Shown here in pieces: positions 47,954 to 57,329 of a stretch of DNA of 64,000 bases. The translations under genes and the position numbers were made by a program. Each line of letters opens with the position of its first letter. The stretch's first letter is position 1. The notes beneath the pieces are model-generated. The model saw nothing but the letters and a program-made list of their open reading frames with translations, was not told the DNA's origin and ran no database searches. Source of the stretch: Planctomycetota bacterium (lineage in GTDB: Bacteria; Planctomycetota; UBA1135; UBA2386); NCBI GenBank assembly GCA_031423015.1, contig JANPER010000046.1, positions 12,647-76,646 on the forward strand, written 5' to 3'.

Positions 47954-49387
47954 TTACGGCGTGAGGATCTTGAAGTCCAAGCCCTGGCTGCCCGACAGCT
48001 GGAACGGCCCGCCAAGGTCGAACACCAGGAACTGCGTGTAGAGATGCTGTCCGCTCAGCTGGGGCACGTTCGGCACGGGCAATGGCACGCTCGCGGCCCC
48101 GTTGGTATCGGTCACGATCGGAATCGTGATCGGCGTCGTCACGAACACATCCACGTTGAGACGCAGGCCGGCGAGGTTGACATTCGCGCTGGCGGCGTTG
48201 AGGAGCATCACCCCCGGCGAGTTTGACACCGCCTTGGCGCATTCCAGCTTGAACGCCGCGTTGCCGAGATAGGCCGCGCCGAAGCCGTGGATCGCCGGCT
48301 TGTTGCCGCTCCCACCCGCCGTCGGCTCACCGTAGCGCACGACCGCGCTGTCGGGTCGCAGCACGTAGAGGCCCGTCTGCACATCGCTGATGTAGACGAT
48401 CCCGGTCGGCAAGTAGGGGAACACGCCCCATGCACCGTTGAAGCCGCTGCTCGGCCCCGCATAGGTGTCGTAGTCGCCCACGACCACGGGTTGCGTCGGC
48501 ACCGAGATGTCGATGCCCACGTAGCCCTCGGTGTAGTACGCGATGTGCACCACGCGGTCGCGCTCCATCACCAGGTGGATCACCGCCGTCGCGGGCGCGG
48601 GATGGATCTGCGCGACCAGAATCGGCAACGACTTGATGCGCACGTCCCACACCGACATCGGCCCGCCGCCGGCCTCGCTGGTTCCCACCGCGTAGTCGTT
48701 GTCGCGCGTCGCGCGCACGTTGTGGAAGAACCGCCGGCCTGGCGCAAGCGCCGACCCCAACACGGTGATGGCCGGCAGATTGCTCACGTCGGCGACGAAG
48801 AAGCGGTGGCCAAAGATGTCGCACAGGTAGGCGTAGCCGTCCTGGACGTGCCCGTCGTGCACGTAGAAGTTGATGAACGAAGTGACCAGCGGCGGCTGCG
48901 TCGGATTGGCCGCGACGTCGAACACCAACATCCCGAGGTTGGTGCCGCAGCAGTAGATCTTGCCGGTGCCGTCGTCGACCAAGATCGTGTGCGTGTAGTT
49001 CCAACCCGCCACCGTGTGCGTGCCCACGAGCAGTGGACTCGCGGGATTGGAGAGATCGATGACCTGCATGCCACCGCCGCCCTGGGTCACCACGTAGCAG
49101 TAGTGACCGTAGGTCTTGGCCTCGCGCCAACCCGAACTTGGTCCCGCGATGAACGCGCGCTGCACCGGAACACCCGTCGTGCAATCGAGCACGTAGGTGC
49201 CGCTCATCGACAGCAAGAACGCGAGTTCAGTGCCGTTCGTCGGCTCGCGATAGCCCCACACTCCGCTGCTCATCTCCCCTGGATTGAAGCTGCCGAGCAG
49301 CTGCGTGTTGCGCCCGGTCTGCGCCAGCAGCGTCGCCGGCAGAGACAGGGATAGCAAGGCGAGGGCGAGAGCTGACGAACGGGGCAT
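47954..49387 (-). CDS. secreted LVIVD-repeat / choice-of-anchor-B-like beta-propeller protein
   Basis: signal peptide MPRSSALALALLSLSLPATLLAQ; repeated G-x-Y-x-V-x-hydrophobic-D/S units (MQVIDLSNPASP, LVFDVAANP, FFVADVSNLP, MSVWDVRIKSLP). Confidence 0.5.
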   Translation of the reverse strand: MPRSSALALALLSLSLPATLLAQTGRNTQLLGSFNPGEMSSGVWGYREPTNGTELAFLLSMSGTYVLDCTTGVPVQRAFIAGPSSGWREAKTYGHYCYVVTQGGGGMQVIDLSNPASPLLVGTHTVAGWNYTHTILVDDGTGKIYCCGTNLGMLVFDVAANPTQPPLVTSFINFYVHDGHVQDGYAYLCDIFGHRFFVADVSNLPAITVLGSALAPGRRFFHNVRATRDNDYAVGTSEAGGGPMSVWDVRIKSLPILVAQIHPAPATAVIHLVMERDRVVHIAYYTEGYVGIDISVPTQPVVVGDYDTYAGPSSGFNGAWGVFPYLPTGIVYISDVQTGLYVLRPDSAVVRYGEPTAGGSGNKPAIHGFGAAYLGNAAFKLECAKAVSNSPGVMLLNAASANVNLAGLRLNVDVFVTTPITIPIVTDTNGAASVPLPVPNVPQLSGQHLYTQFLVFDLGGPFQLSGSQGLDFKILTP

Positions 49388-49684
49388 CGCGACGGGAGAG
49401 CTGCGACCGTGACGAGAGAGGAGAAGGGGCGCAGGAGTTTAGCACGCCGAATCGTGTGGTCGGCGCCGTTGCCGACACCTTCACGGGCATTCTGTGGTCG
49501 ATGCGATCGGAGTTACGGCGCAGCGAGGAAGAGGCGCGCAGGGGTCATGCGGTCTGCGAGCGCGAGACCGACGTGATCGCAAGTGGCAGGGACCTTCGAT
49601 GTCGATGGCGACGCGAGCGAGCCGGCCGATGACGTGGGGACCTGCCGCGCGTTGGCGCGAACGTTTGCACCGCCGGGGCCGCAC

Positions 49685-49724
49685 GCGCCCGTAGCTCAGT
49701 TGGATAGAGCACCGCTTTCCTAAA
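49685..49724 (+). repeat. 40-nt copy of the 5' half of tRNA-Arg(CCT): left attachment-site repeat of an integrated islet
   Basis: GCGCCCGTAGCTCAGTTGGATAGAGCACCGCTTTCCTAAA identical to 52300..52339, diverging in the 3' side of the anticodon loop. Confidence 0.8.
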
Positions 49725-49906
49725 CGGCTGCGAAGTCGGCACCGGGTACGCCCCCAAGCGCCCCAACTGGCCGCCGCGGTCGGGGTTGCGATGACTTGTT
49801 CGCCCCGGGCACGCCCCGGTGGACGCGGTTTCAGGACCTTTCGATGGCCTTACGGAGGCGAACGGTAGTGCAAGTAAGGTCAATCGGCTTGTCGATGTAG
49901 CAGGCG

Positions 49907-51118
49907 ATGGGTGGCACCAAGAGACTGATGCAGGAGTTGGAGGCGCAGGCAGAGTGGTTCGTGCCTGTTCGCGACAAGTCCGTGTGCGCGGCGTGTCTCT
50001 ACGACGAGTTCCTGGCCGGCTGGGCACGCCAATCCGCAGACCAAGGCGAGTGCACGTACTGCGAGGCCGAGGGGCCGATCCGCCCGGTGGACGGCCTGCT
50101 CGAACTGGTGCGCAGTGGCATCGACCTCGAGTGGACTTGCGCTGACTCCGCCGGCATGATCTGGGATGGGGAAGAGAAGTGTTACGTGGGTGGCGCCCAC
50201 GACACGTACGACCTCGTCCGCGACCACCTGGATCCCATCACGGAGAACGAGACGCTCCTCGCGGACATCTGGCGTGCGCTGCCCGACCGCCAATGGTGCA
50301 AGCCGGATCCATATGACCCAACTCTGTACGACCGGCTCTCATGGGACTTTCGGCGCTTCGAGAGTTGCGTCCTGCATAAGCGCAGGTTCTTCTTCCACGA
50401 AGTCCGGGAGGAAAACGAGGAGACTGGACAACCCACAGTCTCGATCGGTGGCTGGCTTCGCTTGGTCGCGCACGGCATTCGCGAGTGTGGGCTCTTACGG
50501 GACTGGGCGCCGGGAACGAAGACCTGGCGGGCGCGCGTCGACTACAAGGGCGAGCGCTTCGCAACGGCGGACGCGCTTGGGTCCCGGCGCGAGGAAGAGG
50601 CGACCCAGTCCAACAGGATGAGTCCGCCAGGCATCCCCGTGTTCTACGGTGCGCTCGACCCAGACACGACGGTAGACGAGATCTTCGAGCGACGCGAGGG
50701 GGATGCGGTTGCTTCGATAGGCTGCTTCACGCTGGCGAGGCACTTTCGCGTCCTTGATCTCACAGACCTTCCCAACTTCCCGAGCCTGTACGACCCCGAC
50801 CGCCGGAAACAGAGGAAGTACCTTCGCTTCCTTCGCGAGTTCGCGGAGCGAATCGCCAGACGGATCGCGGGCGACGACCGCCACCACATTGATTACATCC
50901 CGACGCAGATCGTCGCCGAGTACTTCAGGTTCCATCTTGAGCCCAGGGTGCGGCCACTTGATGGCATCGCGTGGAAAAGCAGTTACAGGTCGGGCGGAGT
51001 CTGCGTTGCGCTCTTCTTGAAGAACTCCGAGTGCGTTGACCGCGAGACCAACAAAGGTCCCGACAGACCTGGCGTTCGCCTGGAATCGGTCGAGCATCGA
51101 CCTCTACCGGGACCGTGA
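49907..51118 (+). CDS. Cys-rich N-domain + RES-like C-domain protein (putative NAD+-targeting toxin/defence effector)
   Basis: 403-aa ORF; N-terminal CAACLYDE...CTYCEAEG Cys pairs; aa ~235-290 NRMSPPGIPVFYGALDPDTTVDEIFER resemble the RES core (GGRWNPPG..LY.A.S...E) as recalled from MbcT/ResT; no database search run. Confidence 0.5.
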   Translation: MGGTKRLMQELEAQAEWFVPVRDKSVCAACLYDEFLAGWARQSADQGECTYCEAEGPIRPVDGLLELVRSGIDLEWTCADSAGMIWDGEEKCYVGGAHDTYDLVRDHLDPITENETLLADIWRALPDRQWCKPDPYDPTLYDRLSWDFRRFESCVLHKRRFFFHEVREENEETGQPTVSIGGWLRLVAHGIRECGLLRDWAPGTKTWRARVDYKGERFATADALGSRREEEATQSNRMSPPGIPVFYGALDPDTTVDEIFERREGDAVASIGCFTLARHFRVLDLTDLPNFPSLYDPDRRKQRKYLRFLREFAERIARRIAGDDRHHIDYIPTQIVAEYFRFHLEPRVRPLDGIAWKSSYRSGGVCVALFLKNSECVDRETNKGPDRPGVRLESVEHRPLPGP

Positions 51119-51243
51119 TCGAGGGGCTTCAACAAAGAACCCTCGCCCCGAACTTGCCCCCGCTGCTCCCATCCTGACCCCGGCTGCTCCCGACGCGGAA
51201 CTGCTGCAGAAGCCGAGTGCTCCGATCCGAGGCATGCTTCTGC

Positions 51244-52309
51244 ATGCCCAAGTTCAAGTTGACGACGACCAGCGTCAAGCAGCGCTGCCGGCCGCACGCG
51301 CCGCGTCAAGGTTGGGCGCTACCCCACCTGGACGGTTGACCAGGCCCGCAAGCGCGCCCGCGAGCTGCTGGTGCAGATGGACCGGGGCGTGGACCCGAAC
51401 GCCCAGAAGCGAGAGGCCGCCGCCCGCGGCACGACGCTGCGCGAGGCCCGAGATTGGCACTGCGCCGCCATGCGGGCGAAGCGCGCGGCGCCCAGGTCCT
51501 TGGACACGGTGCGCGAGGAGACCGATCGGCACCTGTCCGACTGGCTCGACCGGCCGCTGACTAGCATCCGTCCGACCGAGTGCGCCAACCGGCACTCGCG
51601 GGTCACCGAGACCAGCGGGCCGTACGCCGCCAACCGGGCGCTGCAGACGTTCCGCGCCTGCTGGAACACTGCTCACCCGCAGGCTCGACGACCTGCCGCC
51701 CTGCCCTACGCGTGGAGTGGTGTTCAGCCCGGTCCGCCGGCGGCGTGAGCCGATCGTCTGGGCGCAGCTGCCCGCTTGGAGGGCAGCCGTGGAGGCCATC
51801 GACAACCCGATCCGCCGCGACCTACAGCTCTTCATCCTGCTGACCGGGCTGCGCTCGACCGACGCCAAGACCGTGCGCTGGGAGCATGTGGACTTCGAGA
51901 AGGGCACGATCCACCGGCCCAAGCCCAAGGGCGGTGAGGACCGCACGTTCACCGTGCCCGTGTCGCAAGCCGTGCTCGACATCCTGCGCCGCCGGCGCGA
52001 GGAGAACGCCATCATCTTCCCGCGCGACGAGGGGTGGGCCTGGCCGTCGCGGGCAAGAAGACGACCACGTTCCCCGGCCCGCACCGCCTACGCGACACGT
52101 TCGCCAGCGCCGCGCACGAGGCCAAGGTGGACTGGTACGACCTCAAGGTCTTGATGAACCATGCGCTGCCGGCCAACGGCGACGTGACCATGGGCTACAT
52201 CCGCGTGTCGGTCGAGCACCTGCGTGAGGCGACGGAGAAGATCGCGGGCTTCCTGCTGGAGAAGATGGCTGCGCCAGAGGGTACGATCGCGCCCTGCAAG
52301 CGCCCGTAG
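51244..52309 (+). pseudogene. tyrosine recombinase/integrase, P4-like, multiply disrupted
   Basis: arm-binding start MPKFKLTTTSVKQ then stop and internal deletion; SAM-like segment RYPTWTVDQARKRARELLVQMDRGVDPNAQKREA (ORF 51371..51748); catalytic fragments LLTGLRSTDAKTVRWEHVDF (51717..52154) and HRLRDTFASAAHE...VLMNHALPANGDVTMGYIRV (52034..52309) in three different frames; stop overlaps tRNA nt 8-10. Confidence 0.7.
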
Positions 52310-52376
52310 CTCAGTTGGATAGAGCACCGCTTTCCTAAAGCGGGGGTCACAGGTTCGACTCCTGTCGGGCGTGCCA
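52300..52376 (+). tRNA. tRNA-Arg(CCT)
   Basis: manual cloverleaf: acceptor GCGCCCG/CGGGCGT (G1-U72 wobble), D-arm GCTC-AGTTGGATA-GAGC, anticodon arm CCGCT-TTCCTAA-AGCGG (anticodon CCT), T-arm ACAGG-TTCGACT-CCTGT, discriminator G, encoded CCA. Confidence 0.85.
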
Positions 52377-52380
52377 TCAG

Positions 52381-52439
52381 CCGCGCGTAGCGCGGATGAT
52401 GGCAAGCCCGGCAGGAGTCGGGCGCGCGCTTGCGCGCGC
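52381..52439. terminator. two GC-only hairpins (CCGCGCGTAGCGCGG and GCGCGCGCTTGCGCGCGC) between the convergent tRNA and phnE; possible bidirectional terminator, no U-tract
   Basis: perfect short palindromes read directly from the sequence. Confidence 0.3.
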
Positions 52440-52515
52440 GACCGACGCGGCAGCGACTCCTTCAGGCCGGCGCAGAGGAGAGGGGTTCGATGGTCGGACG
52501 CGCTCGTAGAACCAC

Positions 52516-54261
52516 TCACCCAGACATCCGCGTATGCGCAAGCCCCAACCACCGCGACAGCCGATCGAGCAGAAGCGACAAAGCGACGATCACGATCAGG
52601 TAGGTGCTGGCTTCGCGGTACTTGAAGAACGCGAAGTTGAGCTGGAAGAAGTGGCCGAGGCCGCCGACGCCGACGGCGCCGAGCACGATGGCGGTGCGCA
52701 CGTTGGACTCCAGTTGGAAGAACGCGTTGGCGAGCCAGTGCGGCGCCACGGCGGGGACGGCGCCGTACACGAACGTCTTGGCGGGTGAGCCCACGGTCGC
52801 GTGCACGCTCGCGAGCGTGCGCTCGGGCACGCCGTCGACGTTCTCGATGAACAGGCGGGTGAGGATGCCGATGGTGTGGAACATCAGCGCGACCACGCCG
52901 GCGATCGGACCCGGCAGGAAGAAGCTCACCAGCAGGTAGGCCCAGAACACTTCGGGGACGCCGCGCAGCACGACGGCGATGCCGCGCGCCAGCCAAGCGC
53001 GTGACAAGCGCAGGGTGCGCGAGGTCGACGCGGCGCGCGCGCCGGCACGGCGTGATGCCGAGCGCACCATCAGCAGCGAGCCCCAGTACGACAGCAGGGC
53101 TGACACGGCGACGGCGGCGAGCGTGGCGAGGAACGCCATCGACAGCGGCAGCACGCACGCGGCCAACGCGTGCGGCAACCACGCCAGGTTGGGCAGCAAG
53201 AAAGGCCCGAAGAACTCGCCGACGAACGCGAACTTCTCGCTCCAGGTCTGACCGCCGGTGCCGCCGAGCTGCGATAGATCCCGCTGCAGCCACAGCGCCG
53301 ACAGCGCGATGGCCACGCCGAGGCCCACACCGAGTCCGAGCAGGCGGCGACGGGCGCGCGCCAACGAGCCTTGGTTCGCCGCTTCGCCGTCGCGTTCCAT
53401 GCGGCCGCGCACGAACTGGCTCAGCAGATCGCTGCCAACGGTCAAGATCAGCATCAGCGCCAGACACGTGAGCACCTTGTCGTACTCGCCGTAGTCGGTG
53501 CGCACGCGGATCTCGTCGCCGAGGCCGCCGGCGCCGACGGCACCGATCACCGCCGCGTTGCGCACCGAGCACTCCCAGCGCAGCAGGGTGAACGACAGCA
53601 GCGGCGTGCGCACGCGTGGCAGCACCCCGTAGAAGAACGTCTGCAAGCGGCCAGCACCAACGCTGCGGATGGCCGCGAGCTGCCGAGGCGTCACCGCGTC
53701 GTAGGTCTCGGAGTAGACGCGCGCCAGGATCCCCGCGACGTTGAGCGCCAGCGCGAACACGCCGGCCTGCGCGCCGAAGCCCAAGAGCGGGATGAGGAAC
53801 ACGGCCCACAAGAGGTCGGGCACGCCGCGCAGCACGTCCTGCACGACGCGAGCGAACTCGCAGATCGCGATGCGGAGCACGCGGTTCGTGCCGCGCGCGT
53901 CGCCGACGAACACGGTGCGGCTGGCGACCAGCGACAGCGCGAACCCGAACACCACGGCGAGCGCGGTGCCGAGCATCGCCATCGCCAGCGACGTGAGAGC
54001 CAGCGGCCCAACGTAGGCGAGGAACTCGACGCTCACGTTGGGCGCCGCGAACGACGCCAGGAACCCGCTCACGCGCGCGACGGCCTTGCCGCGTTCTTCT
54101 GCCGTCGCGAGCACACCGAGGTCGTAGCCACCCACCGCAACCATGAGGCCCGTGAGCGCCGCGAGCAGCGTCAGCACCAGGAGCCCGCGCGCGCGGAACG
54201 GCCGCTTCGCCGCCGCGATGCCGTCGCCCGGTGGGCGCGAAAGATGCTGCGCTACCTGCAC
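52516..54261 (-). CDS. phnE: phosphonate-type ABC transporter permease with two fused PhnE-like domains
   Basis: 581-aa polytopic ORF with an internal duplication (two ~270-aa halves each ending in a ...AIVLGAVG.GGLG... EAA-like motif). Confidence 0.7.
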   Translation of the reverse strand: MQVAQHLSRPPGDGIAAAKRPFRARGLLVLTLLAALTGLMVAVGGYDLGVLATAEERGKAVARVSGFLASFAAPNVSVEFLAYVGPLALTSLAMAMLGTALAVVFGFALSLVASRTVFVGDARGTNRVLRIAICEFARVVQDVLRGVPDLLWAVFLIPLLGFGAQAGVFALALNVAGILARVYSETYDAVTPRQLAAIRSVGAGRLQTFFYGVLPRVRTPLLSFTLLRWECSVRNAAVIGAVGAGGLGDEIRVRTDYGEYDKVLTCLALMLILTVGSDLLSQFVRGRMERDGEAANQGSLARARRRLLGLGVGLGVAIALSALWLQRDLSQLGGTGGQTWSEKFAFVGEFFGPFLLPNLAWLPHALAACVLPLSMAFLATLAAVAVSALLSYWGSLLMVRSASRRAGARAASTSRTLRLSRAWLARGIAVVLRGVPEVFWAYLLVSFFLPGPIAGVVALMFHTIGILTRLFIENVDGVPERTLASVHATVGSPAKTFVYGAVPAVAPHWLANAFFQLESNVRTAIVLGAVGVGGLGHFFQLNFAFFKYREASTYLIVIVALSLLLDRLSRWLGLAHTRMSG

Positions 54262-54281
54262 GCGGCCCCCACGGCGACGCG

Positions 54282-55070
54282 CTAAGCGCGCCCTTCCGTC
54301 GCCGCCTGGTCGGTGCGCGCAAACAACCGGTCGCGCACTGCCGCCAACTCGCGCGGCAAGCCATCGAAGAACACGCGGCCGTCGCGCACGGCGAGCACGC
54401 GATCGAAGCGCTCAGTCACCAGCTCCAGTTGGTGCAAGCCGACGATCGCGGTGCGGCGCTCGCGACGCACCAGATCGACCAGCAAATCGATCATGTCGCG
54501 CGCCAGGGTCGGGTCGAGCGACGCCGCTGGTTCGTCGGCGAGCACCAACCGCGGCTCTTGTACCAGCAGGCGCGCAAACGCCACGCGCTGGCGCTGACCG
54601 CCGGACAGCGTGCCGATCGGCGCTTCGACTTTGTCCTCGATGCCGGCCGCGCGCAGCGCCGCCGCCGCCTTGTCGCGTTCTTGCGGCCACAGCAAAGACC
54701 AGACGCTGCGCAAGAACGACCAGCGACCCACGCGGCCGAGCAGCACGTTGTGGATCGTGCGCAGCCCAGGCACCAACGCGTCGGCTTGGTAGAGGTGACC
54801 AATGTCGAGCCGCAGCTTGCGCAGCTGCCGCGCCGACAACCCGGCGAGGTCTTGGCCGAGCACCGTCACACGACCCCGATCGGGCGCAAGATCACCCGAC
54901 AGCAGGCGCAGCAGCGTGGTCTTGCCGGCTCCCGACGGGCCGACCAGCGCGACGACTTGACCCTCGGGGATGGCGAAGGTGACGTCGCGCAGCACCGCGT
55001 GCGCGCCGAACACCTTGTCTACCCCTTCGACGCTGACCGCCGACCGCGGCTGCGCTGCGACCGCAGTCAT
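54282..55070 (-). CDS. phnC: phosphonate-type ABC transporter ATP-binding protein
   Basis: internal ATG 55070 (MTAVAAQPRS); Walker A GPSGAGKTT, signature LSGGQRQRVAFARLL, Walker B LVLADEPAASLD. Confidence 0.75.
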   Translation of the reverse strand: MTAVAAQPRSAVSVEGVDKVFGAHAVLRDVTFAIPEGQVVALVGPSGAGKTTLLRLLSGDLAPDRGRVTVLGQDLAGLSARQLRKLRLDIGHLYQADALVPGLRTIHNVLLGRVGRWSFLRSVWSLLWPQERDKAAAALRAAGIEDKVEAPIGTLSGGQRQRVAFARLLVQEPRLVLADEPAASLDPTLARDMIDLLVDLVRRERRTAIVGLHQLELVTERFDRVLAVRDGRVFFDGLPRELAAVRDRLFARTDQAATEGRA

Positions 55071-55155
55071 GCCAGGTCCCCACGAGGAATCGATGGAGTT
55101 CGTCGTTCGCGCACGGGCTTGCGATCCTCGGTTCACGCTGACGACGAACGCGGGC

Positions 55156-56079
55156 CTAGCTGCCCTTGAACATGGACTCGAGCGCCGGCGACTGCAGGAC
55201 CGCCTTGATGCCATCCCACCACTCAGGAACAGCGACCACATACTTGCCGCCGACATTGTCGTTGGCACCCATCACCGTCTTCTCGAGGTCGCTGGATCCA
55301 TCCAGTCCGAGGAACGCCTTCTTCAACTTGTCGAGCGTGCCCGCGCCAAAGCGCTGGTCGATGTCCGTGCGCGCACTCCACGAGTAGTCGATGTACTTCG
55401 GCGTCTCCCACAGCACCCGCACCTGCTCCTTGGTGACCTTGCCCTCCCTGATCCACTTGTCGTAGGTGGAGTAGTTCACCGCGCCAGCATCAAAGGTGCC
55501 GTCGCGCACATCGGTGATGGTCTTGTCGTGGTTGCCACTGAACGCCACCAAGCTGAAGAACTTCTCGGCCTCGGCGACGCCTTGCTCCTTGGCCAGCAGG
55601 TGGCGCGGCATGACGTGCCCCGACGTGCTCTTCTTGTCGCCAAAGGTGAACTTCTTGCCCGCGAGGTCGGCGACCTTCTGGTACGGCGAGTCACCCTTGA
55701 CGATGATGTAGCTCTTGAACTCGAGGTCCTTGGCGCGCGACACCAGCGGCAGCACGGCGCCCTTGCTCTTGAGCATCGCGTCGACCGTGGTCACGCCGCC
55801 GAGCCAACCGAGGTCGGCTTGGTTCGAGACCAGCGCGACGACGGCGCCTTCATACGTCGTCGGCTTGATCTCGGCGTCCACGCCCAGCTCGGCCTTGATC
55901 CAGGCCGCGATCTGCAACTGGTCATCCCGCAAGCGATCCTTGTTGGCATCCGGGATCGCCACCACGCGCAACACGGCGCGAGCTTCGCTGGGTTTGGCGG
56001 GAGCCGAAGGGGCTTCGCTGGGTTTAGAGCAAGCGGAGAGGAGAAGGCCGAGGCCGGCCACGCAGAGCGTCAGGCGCAT
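55156..56079 (-). CDS. phnD: phosphonate-type ABC transporter substrate-binding lipoprotein
   Basis: internal ATG 56079; lipobox LLLSAC; PhnD/SsuA-like fold motifs (LRVVAIPD, YEGAVVALVSNQADLGWLGG, GHVMPRHLL). Confidence 0.7.
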   Translation of the reverse strand: MRLTLCVAGLGLLLSACSKPSEAPSAPAKPSEARAVLRVVAIPDANKDRLRDDQLQIAAWIKAELGVDAEIKPTTYEGAVVALVSNQADLGWLGGVTTVDAMLKSKGAVLPLVSRAKDLEFKSYIIVKGDSPYQKVADLAGKKFTFGDKKSTSGHVMPRHLLAKEQGVAEAEKFFSLVAFSGNHDKTITDVRDGTFDAGAVNYSTYDKWIREGKVTKEQVRVLWETPKYIDYSWSARTDIDQRFGAGTLDKLKKAFLGLDGSSDLEKTVMGANDNVGGKYVVAVPEWWDGIKAVLQSPALESMFKGS

Positions 56080-56168
56080 GGCCGCGAGCCTAGGGCGCGC
56101 ACGCGGTGCACACAAACAAAGACACGCAGCGCGCGCAGATGGAACGACTACCCGGCCCCCGACACCCC

Positions 56169-57329
56169 TCAGTCGGGTTTGCGCTGCTTCACTTGGGTGC
56201 GCAGCTTCTGCAACAACTCGCGCAGCTCCTCAACCTCGCGACGCAGACCGTCGACCTCGTTCTCCAGGCGATCTTCGGGCGGCGCAACCCGCACGCGGCG
56301 CGCCGTCGGAGCGTCTGGTGGTGTCGGGTAGGCCGGCTCGGTTGTGGGTGTCGTGACGCTGCCCGCGCGCACGGGGTTTGGACTGCGCGGCCGAGTCGTG
56401 CGAACCTGCGCTGGGGCGGGCGCGACCGGAGCTGGGGTCGCAAAGTCGAGGAGCCTCCGGCGACCGTCTTGCGCACCGAACGGCGAGTGGGGGGGCGTCG
56501 TCGGGGTGGCAGGTGATGCCAGGGTGGGAGCGGGCGCCGGGGTGCGTGCTTGGCGGGGGCTACGGGCGCTGAAAGGGTCCATCGGAGCAAAGCCGCGGAT
56601 CGCGCCGCGCGGCGCGGACGTTTGGCCAGGCGGCTGGGGCGTCGGCGGTGCGATGGTGCCCGCAAAGCCCAGCCCGCTTCCACTTGGCGGCGCGCCGTGG
56701 AAGTAGTGGTGCACCTCGTGCCGATGCGTGTACTCGTGCGGCTGCGCGGCACTCGGCTCGGGAATGGCGGCCGGCGCGGGCGCCGGCCGTGCGAACATCA
56801 GGGAGCGCAACGCGCTCAATGGTGCCGTTGCTTCTGTTGGTGCTGGTGGCGGTGTTGACGCCTCGGCGACCGGCCGCACGACGCGCGGCGCAACCAAAAG
56901 CCGACGGGCGACCCCTGGCTCGCGGCCAATGTTCAACAGGTTCGTCAACGGCTCGAGCGACGGCACCTCCACGGGTGACGCGGGTGCGCCTTGGGGGGCG
57001 AGAAGACGACCGAGCACCGGTACCTCCTCCACCACCGACGCGCCCGCGTCGGACGGCTGACGACGTCCCGCGCGCGTGCTGGCCACCGGCTTATCGGTGG
57101 CCTTGTTGGTGGCCTTATCGCTGGCCTTCTCCGCGGCGATCTTGCGCGCCGCCTCCATCACCTCGGCGGCGAGCTTCTCGTCGCCAGCGCGACGCAACTC
57201 GGCGGCGACGCGTTCGAAGCGGGCCATGTCCGAAACAGGCTTGGGAGACGGCGCCGGTGCCGACTGGGCAAAGATACCGCCGAGACTCAGCATGGCGCTG
57301 GCGGCGGAAACGAACAGGAAACGACTCAT
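56169..57329 (-). CDS. secreted proline-rich protein with His-rich patch and C-terminal coiled coil
   Basis: signal peptide MSRFLFVSAASAMLSLGGIFAQ; long P/A/T-rich low-complexity region; HEYTHRHEVHHYFHG; C-terminal ENEVDGLRREVEELRELLQKLRTQVKQRK; overlaps the BlaR1 stop by 4 bp. Confidence 0.45.
   Translation of the reverse strand: MSRFLFVSAASAMLSLGGIFAQSAPAPSPKPVSDMARFERVAAELRRAGDEKLAAEVMEAARKIAAEKASDKATNKATDKPVASTRAGRRQPSDAGASVVEEVPVLGRLLAPQGAPASPVEVPSLEPLTNLLNIGREPGVARRLLVAPRVVRPVAEASTPPPAPTEATAPLSALRSLMFARPAPAPAAIPEPSAAQPHEYTHRHEVHHYFHGAPPSGSGLGFAGTIAPPTPQPPGQTSAPRGAIRGFAPMDPFSARSPRQARTPAPAPTLASPATPTTPPHSPFGAQDGRRRLLDFATPAPVAPAPAQVRTTRPRSPNPVRAGSVTTPTTEPAYPTPPDAPTARRVRVAPPEDRLENEVDGLRREVEELRELLQKLRTQVKQRKPD

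Larger units (their letters stand above)
49685..52339 (+). mobile_element. degraded tRNA-Arg-integrated genomic islet (~2.6 kb) with broken integrase and one cargo gene
   Basis: direct 40-nt tRNA-half repeats at both ends; tyrosine-integrase remnants ending inside the intact tRNA; anticodon-loop crossover geometry. Confidence 0.6.

Noticed and set aside
49685-49724. A second tRNA-Arg gene
   Set aside because: Only the 5' 40 nt are present. The sequence diverges in the anticodon loop and cannot fold into a cloverleaf. Interpreted as an attachment-site repeat.
52422-52439. GC palindrome as a protein-binding operator
   Set aside because: It is a pure (GC)n hairpin between convergent genes. It is more simply a structural or terminator-like hairpin and is reported only as such, with low confidence.
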